Source of the DNA: Edaphobacter aggregans
GTDB taxonomy: Bacteria > Acidobacteriota > Terriglobia > Terriglobales > Acidobacteriaceae
Length of the DNA: 32,000 bases
NCBI RefSeq assembly: GCF_003945235.1
Contig: NZ_RSDW01000001.1
Location: 5,580,001-5,612,000, forward strand
Reading direction: 5' to 3'
Below, in pieces: positions 18,359 to 26,236 of this stretch (the first letter of the stretch is position 1; the number at the start of each line of letters is the position of its first letter). Made by a program: the position numbers and the translations under genes. The notes under the pieces were generated by a model, which worked only from the letters and a program-made list of their open reading frames with translations, made no database searches and was not told the origin of the DNA.

Positions 18359-19429
18359 ATGCAAACACAAGAGAATGTCAGCGATCCGGTTCAGTCCGCG
18401 AAAGATGCGGGGCTGCGATATGTGACGGACACAAAGCCGGGGATTGTTCGAAAGCGATCCGGGAAAGGCTTTCGCTATGTGGACCAAGACGGCAAGCCGG
18501 TTAAAGATCCCGAGACGCTTGCACGGATCAAGTCGCTTGTGATTCCGCCGGCGTGGACGAATATTTGGATTTGTCCGAGCGCGCAGGGACACCTGCAGGT
18601 GACGGGTCGTGATGCGAAGGGCAGAAAGCAGAGCAGGTATCATCCGCGGTGGCGCGAGGTCAGAGACGAGACAAAATATGAGCGCATGCTGCTGTTTGGA
18701 TCTGCGTTGCCGAAGATTCGTGAAGGCGTGGACATCGATCTAAGAGCGGAGGGTTTGCCACGGAAGAAGGTGCTGGCAACGATTGTGAGGTTGATGGAAG
18801 TGACGTTGATTCGTGTGGGCAATGAAGAGTATGCGCGCACAAACCACTCTTATGGGCTGACAACTATGAGGAATCGTCACGTTCAGGTAGACGGGTCGAC
18901 GGCAACGTTTAAGTTTCAGGGCAAAAGCGGGGTGCGTCACTCTATCGACCTCACGGATAGGCGGCTTGCGAAAATTATTCAACGTTGCCAGGACATTCCA
19001 GGTTATGAGCTGTTTCAGTATGTTGATGGAGATGGAGAGCCACACAATATCGGTTCGACGGATGTGAATGAATATCTGCGTGAGATAAGTAACGAGGAGT
19101 TTACGGCGAAAGACTTTCGGACGTGGGCGGGGACGGTGCTGACCAGCGCCACACTGCGGGAGCTCGGGGCGTTCGAATCGGAAGCACAGGCGAAGAGGAA
19201 TGTGGTGGAGGCAATCAAAACCGTGGCGCAGAGGCTGGGAAATACGCCTTCGGTTTGCAGGAAGTGCTATGTACATCCGGCAGTGCTGGAGTGTTATATG
19301 AAGGGTCTGTTGAGGAACGGGCGTAAGCGGCAAGCTGAGGAAGTGGGTGATGAGGCTGCCTCCACACTGCGAGAGGAGGAAGCCGCTCTTATGCAATCGT
19401 TACGGCAATGGTTGAAGAGTGCCGACTAG
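18359..19429 (+). CDS. DNA topoisomerase IB (poxvirus-like bacterial type)
   Basis: 356 aa. The sequence reads GLRYVTDTKPGIVRKRSGKGFRYVDQDGKPV...IPPAWTNIWICPSAQGHLQVTGRDAKGRKQSRYHPRW...FTAKDFRTWAGTV...LGNTPSVCRKCYVHP. These are the conserved TopIB blocks, including the C-terminal S-x-x-R-K-x-Y-V-H-P active-site tyrosine motif. Confidence 0.9.
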   Translation: MQTQENVSDPVQSAKDAGLRYVTDTKPGIVRKRSGKGFRYVDQDGKPVKDPETLARIKSLVIPPAWTNIWICPSAQGHLQVTGRDAKGRKQSRYHPRWREVRDETKYERMLLFGSALPKIREGVDIDLRAEGLPRKKVLATIVRLMEVTLIRVGNEEYARTNHSYGLTTMRNRHVQVDGSTATFKFQGKSGVRHSIDLTDRRLAKIIQRCQDIPGYELFQYVDGDGEPHNIGSTDVNEYLREISNEEFTAKDFRTWAGTVLTSATLRELGAFESEAQAKRNVVEAIKTVAQRLGNTPSVCRKCYVHPAVLECYMKGLLRNGRKRQAEEVGDEAASTLREEEAALMQSLRQWLKSAD

Positions 19430-19601
19430 CTTCGGATTGGCAACAGATGGTCCATGGCCGGCTGGCCATAAAATCGACCATCTGGAATCGCACACGCGCC
19501 TCAACGCTGCCCATTTTCGACCCTTCGACTCCCCATACGAGAAAATAGAATCGAATATCCGATCGACAAAGGGATGCATCCTCCTCGAAGGAGTCTTCGT
19601 T

Positions 19602-20575
19602 ATGTCGGGAGTGCCCCTCAGAGCATTTGGAAAAGCTGACGTTAAGGTTTCAGCGTTGGGCTTAGGTGGTCACCATCTAGGCGCTGCAAAGATGAACAGA
19701 CCGCAGTTAGCCTCATACACAACGCTCTGGATGGTGGAATTACTTTCTACGATTGCTGTTGGGAGTACAGCCGTGGAAAGTCAGAAGACTGGCTGGGCAA
19801 AGGGCTAAAAGGTGTTCGTGAAAAAGCATTTCTCATGACTAAGGTGTGTACTCACGGTAGAGACGCCGCTCTTGCCATGCAAATGCTAGAACAATCGCTC
19901 CGGCGCCTTCAAGCCGACCATCTAGATCTTTGGCAGATCCATGGCGTGACGTGTCAAAATGATCCTGACTTGTTCATCCGGTCAAACGGAGCTGCCGAGG
20001 CTCTCCACAAGGCGAAACAGGAGGGGAAGGTAAGATTCGTCGGATTTACAGGCCATAAGGGCCCGGATATTCATTTAGCTATGTTGAATACCGGTTTTCC
20101 CTTCGACGCAGTACAGATGCCTCTCAATCCTCTCGACGCCAATTTTTTTTCGTTCGAGAAGAAGGTGCCCGTTTTGGTAGAGCGCGGAATCGCACCCCTT
20201 GGAATGAAGCCAATTGGAGGCCATGGCGAGCCGGTGGGTGTATTTACGGCAGAAGAATTACTTCGCTATGCGATGAGCCTTCCTGTCGCAACTACAATCA
20301 GTGGTGTGTCGGAGCCGCATATCCTTGAGCAGAATCTTAAGATCGCACAGGCCTTTGTGCCGATGACGACACAAGAGATGGAAGTGATACGTGAGCGTGC
20401 CAAACCATATGTCGGGGATGGGCACTTCGAACTCTATAAGACGTCGATCAAGTTCGATAATCCCGAGGCCCCCCTCGCGCATGAATTTCCCATTGATATG
20501 CAGTCGGTGGAGGTAAAACAAATGGTTTACTCCACCGGCAATTCGGGCCGACCTTATCCCGACGTTTCGCAATAG
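19602..20575 (+). pseudogene. aldo/keto reductase, split by a 1-nt frameshift near 19688-19691
   Basis: The ATG at 19602 (GAAGGAG upstream) gives MSGVPLRAFGKADVKVSALGLGGHHLGAAK. Homology then continues in another frame: DEQTAVSLIHNALDGGITFYDCCWEYSRGKSEDWLGKGLKGVREKAFLMTKVCTHGR...LDLWQIHGV...VRFVGFTGHK. One extra A at GCAAAG would restore the frame. Confidence 0.75.
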
Positions 20576-20665
20576 CTGATCGAAAGTCTCAAGCCTATCT
20601 GAGGTTTCCATGAAACATAATGATTTGGCGCCAGATCTAGGTTGCACGAGGTGCCCAAAAGAGCT

Positions 20666-21565
20666 ATGGGAAAGACCGGGATTCAGATCTCGGTTCTCGG
20701 CATGGTTGGCTTTCCCCTGGGAACTGTAGCGGGCAGCCCAAGTAAATAATATGGTGGCGAAAGCACTCGATCATGGCATCAGTTTCTTTGACAATGCCCG
20801 GGAATATCACAAAGGGATGAGGGAAGAACGTCTCGGCACAGCGTTGAAAGGAAAACGGGATACGGGAATCATAATGACGAAAGTGTGTGTACTCTCGGCC
20901 GCAAAAAGGATGTCGCCATGCGGATGTTGGAAGAATCACTTGTGCGACTCCAGACGGATGATCTCGATGTGTGGCAGGTCCATGAGGTCGTTTATTACAA
21001 CGATCCTGAAAAGTGCTACGAGAATGATGGTGTTCTCGAAGCGCTAACGACGGCTAAGCAACAGGGTAAAGTTCGGTTTATGGGCTTCACAGGGCATAAG
21101 AATCCGTCCATCCACCTGGAGATGCTCAATGGCGGATATCCATTTGACACAGTCCAGATGCCCTTAAATCCCTTCGACTACAGTTATCGAAGTTTCCAGC
21201 GACAAGTGTTGCCGGTAGCTGTCGAGCGAGGAATGGCTGGGTTTGGAATGAAGAGTATGGGGGGATCGGGCGAGATGATCTCGAGTGGAGCCTTGACACC
21301 TACTGAAGCCCTCACCTTCGCGATGAGCCTTCCAGGTGTGTCGACAACCATCAGCGGGATGGACTCAATGGAGGTGCTCGATCAGAACTTGAAGATCCTA
21401 CAGAATTTCAAACTTCTAACGATGCAACAGATCGAAGTGCTTAGAGAATATGGGAAACAATTCAATGATGGTCGTTACGAGTTGTTCAAAAGCACTGTGA
21501 AATACGATGGCGATCTTGGCCGTCAACAACATAATTATCCAACCGCGGCGGATCTTCCGGCGTGA
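20666..21565 (+). pseudogene. aldo/keto reductase paralog, split by two frameshifts
   Basis: Frame 1 reads MGKTGIQISVLGMVGFPLGTVAG, with a shift near 20731-20740. Frame 2 reads AQVNNMVAKALDHGISFFDNAREYHKG...GIIMTKVC, with a shift in the GTGTGTGT run at 20883-20890. Frame 3 reads TLGRKKDVAMRMLEESLVRLQTDDLDVWQVHEV...VRFMGFTGHK... By eye it is roughly half identical to the upstream paralog. That paralog reads AAGGTGTGTACTCAC at the equivalent site, which implies a 2-nt GT gain here. Confidence 0.75.
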
Positions 21566-21660
21566 TGAGAAGGTTTACGGACCAACGGTTTCGCGATGTC
21601 TGACGCTTGGCCGAACCTGTGAATCGATGCAAGGCTGAAAGCAATAGAAATCGCCTTTGG

Positions 21661-21822
21661 CTAGAGCCGGGCGCGACCTCGACCGAAGATCAAATAAATC
21701 AGGATCAATGCGAGAATCAAGCTAAGACCGCCACCACCGTAGTAGCCGAGTCCCGGGCCCATGTAGTAGCCACCACCGCCGAATATGAGAATAAGAACAA
21801 CCAAAAGAATGATAAGAGGCAT
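21661..21822 (-). CDS. DUF3309-like small Gly-rich membrane protein (53 aa)
   Basis: The ATG at 21820-21822 is preceded by AGGAAG. The translation is MPLIILLVVLILIFGGGGYYMGPGLGYYGGGGLSLILALILIYLIFGRGRARL: two hydrophobic helices around a G/Y-rich loop, as I recall for DUF3309. It is below the ORF-track cutoff. Confidence 0.55.
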   Translation of the reverse strand: MPLIILLVVLILIFGGGGYYMGPGLGYYGGGGLSLILALILIYLIFGRGRARL

Positions 21823-21885
21823 GCTCACTTCCTAATTACACCTTTTCACTTTAGCTTAGGCCAGGCGATTACGGACAGCCTACAC

Positions 21886-22074
21886 CTAGACAGTGTTTTT
21901 TACCTCAGAAACCAGAGAGCCGACCGGATTCGTAATAGTCTGTTTCGCAATTGTGCCCAACGACTCGCCACGACGATACATCATGTAAGCAGCAACGAAC
22001 CCGGCGATAACTGTTGCATAGAAGATTACTTTTTTCATAGAACTCTGCGTTTCGATCGATTCCTCTTTTTCCAT
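21886..22074 (-). CDS. hypothetical small single-TM protein (62 aa)
   Basis: The ATG at 22072-22074 is preceded by TGGAGA with 6-nt spacing. The translation is MEKEESIETQSSMKKVIFYATVIAGFVAAYMMYRRGESLGTIAKQTITNPVGSLVSEVKNTV. It lies 63 nt upstream of the DUF3309-like gene on the same strand. Confidence 0.4.
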   Translation of the reverse strand: MEKEESIETQSSMKKVIFYATVIAGFVAAYMMYRRGESLGTIAKQTITNPVGSLVSEVKNTV

Positions 22075-22487
22075 ATCAACATCTCCAATTAGCCACTGGT
22101 ATTAGGATGCAATTTTGCCTTGTGAGGGGCCAGATCTGCTGAAACTCCGGGTGGCACGTGAGAATCGACCCGGAGCTGTCGTGTCCAGCAACGGAGCCCC
22201 GAGAACGGTCATCTTGATGTCGTTTGGCCCGGACGCGAACGATTGTGGTCCACGCGGAGCCGATGAGGGCGAGAACGCACGATATGGCGGTTGCTTTGTT
22301 TTCTTCACTACCTCCGTGAACCATCCTTGTTGACCCGACTTGAGAGGCAACGGACCTCTAAAATATGTGGTTCGGCTTTTCATCAGAGCGTTAGTGGGCC
22401 GCAACATGTATGCGTGGTCGCCGCATCCTACAGGCTACGGCAAGATCGTCTGATTGCTAATTTGTGAGCTTTTTGAGGAGATAAAAA

Positions 22488-23321
22488 ATGCCAACGCGGC
22501 CGACCTGGTCTGGATCTATTCAAATTTCGTTGGTTTCCATCGCCGTCAAGATCTTCCCTGCCACCAATCCAGGTAAGCAGGTTGAATTTCACCAAATCGA
22601 TCGCAAGACGCATAAGCGTGTGCATCACCAGAATGTCGACGGGGCAGGTGAAGTCGAAAAGTCGGACATTGTCAAAGGATTTGAGTATGCCAAAGGCAAA
22701 TACATCGAGATCGATCCGGACGAGTTGAAATCGCTTCGCCTTCCGACAGCGACCACGATGGCAATCAGTCAATTTATCAAAGCGGAAGAGTTATCACCCG
22801 GAATAGTTGACCGGCCTTATTTCGTCGCACCGAAAGATGAAGTTCAGGCAAAGACACTTAGCGTCATCCGCAAGGCCCTCGCGCAGACAAACACCCTGGG
22901 CATCGGTGAGATCGCTTTTAGCGGTCGTGAACATCTAGTGGCAGTCGGAGCTCCTCTGGATTCAAAGCAGAAGGGCCTAATGCTATATGTGCTTTGCTAC
23001 GAGGATGAACTGCGTGATCCGAAATCGATTCTTTCGGGTGTAAAGGAAGCTCCCGTAGGCGCAGACGAGCTTTCCCTGGCTAAGCAGCTGATCAGTGGAA
23101 AGCTCTCAAAGTTGGATTTATCCGAATACAAGAACGATTATGAGGCAGTGGTAAAAAAACTGGTCGACTCAAAGCGGAAAGGAAAGCCGTTGCCAGCTTC
23201 GGAACCAGAACCACCACAAAAAGCCAAAGTAATTAGCATCATGGATGCGTTATGTACCAGCCTGTCACACGAAAAGATAGCTAAAACGAAAAAACCAACG
23301 CGGCGGACTAAGGCCGCCTAA
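22488..23321 (+). CDS. ku: Ku protein (bacterial non-homologous end joining)
   Basis: The ATG is preceded by GAGGAG. The sequence reads MPTRPTWSGSIQISLVSIAVKIFPAT...VEFHQIDRKTHKRVHHQNV...IVKGFEYAKGKYIEIDPDEL...VDRPYFVAPKD...ALAQTNTLGIGEIAFSGREHLVAV, with a basic C-terminal tail (KTKKPTRRTKAA). This is the canonical bacterial Ku pattern. No ligD is in the window. Confidence 0.92.
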   Translation: MPTRPTWSGSIQISLVSIAVKIFPATNPGKQVEFHQIDRKTHKRVHHQNVDGAGEVEKSDIVKGFEYAKGKYIEIDPDELKSLRLPTATTMAISQFIKAEELSPGIVDRPYFVAPKDEVQAKTLSVIRKALAQTNTLGIGEIAFSGREHLVAVGAPLDSKQKGLMLYVLCYEDELRDPKSILSGVKEAPVGADELSLAKQLISGKLSKLDLSEYKNDYEAVVKKLVDSKRKGKPLPASEPEPPQKAKVISIMDALCTSLSHEKIAKTKKPTRRTKAA

Positions 23322-24237
23322 AGAGGGCTCTTCCGAGTGCTTCCAAGTCTCGTTCCGCATGCGATTGTCGAAGATACAAATCTAGCTCTTGACAACGACG
23401 AGAAGTATTCCCTTCCATCGCGAGTGGATAGGGGCCATAGGCTCGCGGGAGCCGACGAAGAACATCTGTGCAAGCTTGCTCCACCAGGTGTCTGACGGTA
23501 AGTGCTCGTATCATTGCGTTTTCCCGATCATGCGGATAAAGATCTATCTGATTTCCGGCCGAATCAAGGAAGGACCGGACAGCCCATATAGATGCGTGCA
23601 TTGCACCGAGATGCGCCATAGTGTGGGAGTCGCACCGCGACTGGCCTATCGCATAATCTACTAGACCGGCCGCGCCTCCTGCCCAGCATGCAGCGGGCCC
23701 ACAGGCGCCATGCCAAAACCCGGGACGCTCGAGATACCAGTTTGGCTCTCCGATGAAATCGTTATAAGAAACCGGAACTGCATGAAAGACCGCATTCTCA
23801 GTTCTCGTTTCGCGAAAGGCGCTCGTCTTCCATTCCGAATCATCAAAAATGATCAGATGAGCATTCTTGCGGAGATCGATATCGACAAGTCTGTGTTCAC
23901 CGCCATTGACAGTAACGAGTGCCCGGTCGATCAAACCTGCACCGCCGCAAAATGCCTTCTGTCCGGTGAGGAGGAAGAAGCCATTGGATTTCGTCAGTAT
24001 GAGTTTTTGTCCCGGTCTTTCTGACGCCCATACTCCATACAGGCAATTTGGCTGTGCCTGACGTCCGTCCTCCTCAAGAATAGCGAGCGCGTCCCAATGA
24101 GCTTCTGCCAAACGGGCTAATGAGAGATCGACGCAGCCGACTTCGAACAGCCTTCTGTGACGTTCTGGGGTAGCCCCCGCGCCAGGAAAGGGAAGAGTCT
24201 CTCGTAACAGGCTGTCAAGTTCGTGTCGGTTCAACAT
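23308..24237 (-). CDS. short acyl-CoA dehydrogenase-fold protein (309 aa)
   Basis: The ACAD-like middle and C-terminal blocks are recognisable: LYGVWASERPG..LILTKSNGFFLLTGQKAFCGGAGLIDRALVTV, then GFWHGACGPAACWAGGAAGL. Its start overlaps the GT2 stop by 7 nt (ATGTTGA). Its 3' end overlaps the ku 3' end by 14 nt in convergent orientation. Confidence 0.7.
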   Translation of the reverse strand: MLNRHELDSLLRETLPFPGAGATPERHRRLFEVGCVDLSLARLAEAHWDALAILEEDGRQAQPNCLYGVWASERPGQKLILTKSNGFFLLTGQKAFCGGAGLIDRALVTVNGGEHRLVDIDLRKNAHLIIFDDSEWKTSAFRETRTENAVFHAVPVSYNDFIGEPNWYLERPGFWHGACGPAACWAGGAAGLVDYAIGQSRCDSHTMAHLGAMHASIWAVRSFLDSAGNQIDLYPHDRENAMIRALTVRHLVEQACTDVLRRLPRAYGPYPLAMEGNTSRRCQELDLYLRQSHAERDLEALGRALFRRP

Positions 24238-24953
24238 GAAGCAGCCTCATCGCAACCAACAAGAGCGTTGGCAAATCCCCGGGGCGCGCGTCCTCGTCTT
24301 CGCCCGCTTGTAATTACACGAACGCGAGAGCTGGAGTGTTGTCGGACGGCCTTCCCCATCAAACGATTCCATAGGTCGTGGTCCTCCGCGGTTGCAAGTC
24401 CTCGCCAGCCTCCTGCGCGAAGATACGTGTCCGCCCGGACGCCCATATTGGCCCCATGTACGTGTGGATGAGTACCGTCAGCGTGAATAATGTAACTGTC
24501 TTGAAACCGCTTAGCTGTGCCGACGGGATGTTCCTCAAAAGAATCGACGCTGATCGTACCTGCAATGGCATCTATCCCCTGGTCCGCAATTCCGATTTGA
24601 TCCAATAGCCAGGTCTCCGGAACACAGCAGTCAGCATCAGTATTGGCCAACCAGCAACGCTGCAGCGGGCCCGCATATCGCCGCAGTGCAACCCTGGCGG
24701 CCAGAGCACGGGCATGACCCACGACGGCAGCTCGGGTCCGGACGACAATTCCTGCGCTGTGGAGGATGTGCGCAGCGAGTTCGAAAGTCCGGTCCGTTGA
24801 GCTGTCACATGCAACGACAAGATCGCTGGTGATCAAGGGAGGCAGAAGAGAACGAGCAACCAACACAGAATCTAAACATCGCTGAATTAGAAGTTCTTCG
24901 TTCCGCGCAGGAATTAGAACTGCAACATGCCATGCTGGGTGTTTTATTTGCAT
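24231..24953 (-). CDS. family 2 glycosyltransferase (soluble, ~240 aa)
   Basis: The sequence VAVLIPARNEELLIQRCLDSV...VVACDSSTDRT...NTDADCCV (DxD)...ANMGVRADTY is typical of a GT2/GT-A fold. The ATG at 24951-24953 overlaps the methyltransferase stop by 10 nt. An alternative GTG start lies at 24959. Confidence 0.82.
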   Translation of the reverse strand: MQIKHPAWHVAVLIPARNEELLIQRCLDSVLVARSLLPPLITSDLVVACDSSTDRTFELAAHILHSAGIVVRTRAAVVGHARALAARVALRRYAGPLQRCWLANTDADCCVPETWLLDQIGIADQGIDAIAGTISVDSFEEHPVGTAKRFQDSYIIHADGTHPHVHGANMGVRADTYLRAGGWRGLATAEDHDLWNRLMGKAVRQHSSSRVRVITSGRRRGRAPRGFANALVGCDEAASC

Positions 24954-25519
24954 ACCCACCTGCCCAGCAGAAACTCTGTATGGTTTTCGCCGAGGTCTTG
25001 AGTCAATGTTTCCGCAGAAGAAATAACTTCGTGGACCTTAGACCCGCTCAGAATATGATCGGGTGAAGATCCTAGCCAGTGCACGGCCAAAAAGACAGAT
25101 CCGCTAGACATCCGCCCGACGAGATCGTCTATCAGGCTTCTCAATTGCGCGCTGTCGAAGTAGTATCCGATCTCACTCAACACCAGAAGGTCAAAAGTTC
25201 CTGCCGGAATGTCTGTTGGTAAAGCCCCCTGCCGGATGGTCACATTTGAAAGTCTGCTGCAGCGTAGGGAAGCCTGTCGGACTGCGGTCGATGAGATATC
25301 GATAGCGTCAACGCACTCACAAATAGTCGCCAACCGTTCTGTCAAAACGCCGATCGAACATCCCGGCTCGAAGGCATGACGGTATCGGCGAGTCGACAAT
25401 GCTTGCATCGTCACCTCATATCTTCCAAGTTCATATTCGCTGGACGCGAACCTCCAAGGATCTGCATCCTGAAGGTAGATTCGATCGAAAAACGCACGAC
25501 TGGTTGTGGGGTGACTCAT
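24944..25519 (-). CDS. class I SAM-dependent methyltransferase, NodS-like
   Basis: The N-terminal block FFDRIYLQDADPWRFASSEYELGRYE resembles NodS-family starts. SAM motif I is AFEPGCSIGVLTERLA. The post-I acidic residue is in DAIDIS, and motif II is in FDLLVLSEIGYY. Confidence 0.82.
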   Translation of the reverse strand: MSHPTTSRAFFDRIYLQDADPWRFASSEYELGRYEVTMQALSTRRYRHAFEPGCSIGVLTERLATICECVDAIDISSTAVRQASLRCSRLSNVTIRQGALPTDIPAGTFDLLVLSEIGYYFDSAQLRSLIDDLVGRMSSGSVFLAVHWLGSSPDHILSGSKVHEVISSAETLTQDLGENHTEFLLGRWVCK

Positions 25520-26205
25520 ACGGGCAGAAATACCTCACAAGACTGTCGCGCTGGCCATAATAGTTCTTCGGGAAGAATAGGCTGGCCCGAAGCATGCTCG
25601 AGCTGCGATCGGTACTGGCCCAATGCTTCAGCTTTTGCAATTTGATCTTTTGTGCTGAGTGCGACGGATCTCAGCGGGAGACCGTTCAGGAGATCTGGCG
25701 TTCCACGGTGCCACGTCCAAAAGAAATAAAAGCTCAACGCAGCTCCTGAACGTCTTGCGACTTCACGCGCTGCCCGGCCACAGGCCTCGTGATCGGGATG
25801 AAAGTCTCCCGTCCATGGGGCAAGTACGTGAGTTTCTTGGGACACGAACGGCATCAACTGTTCCACGAGGAGTTCTTCCTGGTCTGAAATCCCACTATCG
25901 GTAAGTTTCAATCGGGTTATGCTCGAAGAGACAACTCCGAGTCTTTTCAAGGCTGATGTCTGTTCCGCTGATCGGCGAAAGGTGATATCAATCCCATCGT
26001 TATATGCGTTCTCCCCATCCGTGACTGCGACGACATGTATTGGAATGTCTTTGGAAGTTTGCCTTGCAATCAACCCGCCAGCAGCAAGAGTTTCATCGTC
26101 TGGATGCGGAGCGATTACAAGCATGTTCCTGTCCGACGGTTGCCAGGGGATTGCGGCCTGCCAGACAGGGACCCATTCTATTTCTGAGACAAGTGGTTTA
26201 ATCAT
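25516..26205 (-). CDS. PIG-L/LmbE family N-acetylglucosaminyl deacetylase
   Basis: The signature VIAPHPDDETLAAGG is present, followed by HVVAVTDGE and a DFHPDHEACGRAA zinc-ligand block. Its stop overlaps the methyltransferase start by 4 nt (ATGA). It starts 31 nt downstream of the katE stop. Confidence 0.88.
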   Translation of the reverse strand: MIKPLVSEIEWVPVWQAAIPWQPSDRNMLVIAPHPDDETLAAGGLIARQTSKDIPIHVVAVTDGENAYNDGIDITFRRSAEQTSALKRLGVVSSSITRLKLTDSGISDQEELLVEQLMPFVSQETHVLAPWTGDFHPDHEACGRAAREVARRSGAALSFYFFWTWHRGTPDLLNGLPLRSVALSTKDQIAKAEALGQYRSQLEHASGQPILPEELLWPARQSCEVFLPV

Positions 26206-26236
26206 GTTTCTGCCTATCGCACTGACGGGCGGATCT

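Noticed and set aside
19454-19469. Palindrome ATGGCC-GGCT-GGCCAT just after the TopIB stop, considered as a terminator.
   Set aside because: It is followed by AAAA on the plus strand, not a T tract. Read on the minus strand, there is no upstream gene to terminate.
21607-22092. 161-aa plus-strand ORF (MAEPVNRCKAESNRNRLW...).
   Set aside because: It spans two minus-strand small genes that have good SD sequences and clean TM-helix translations. Its own product is low-complexity (N/Q/T-rich) with no start context.
22093-22487. Three mutually overlapping ORFs on both strands (22076..22324, 22102..22407, 22115..22333) in the gap upstream of ku.
   Set aside because: None has an SD or any recognisable motif, and the overlaps are mutually exclusive. 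I treat the interval as the divergent promoter region. A decayed gene cannot be excluded.
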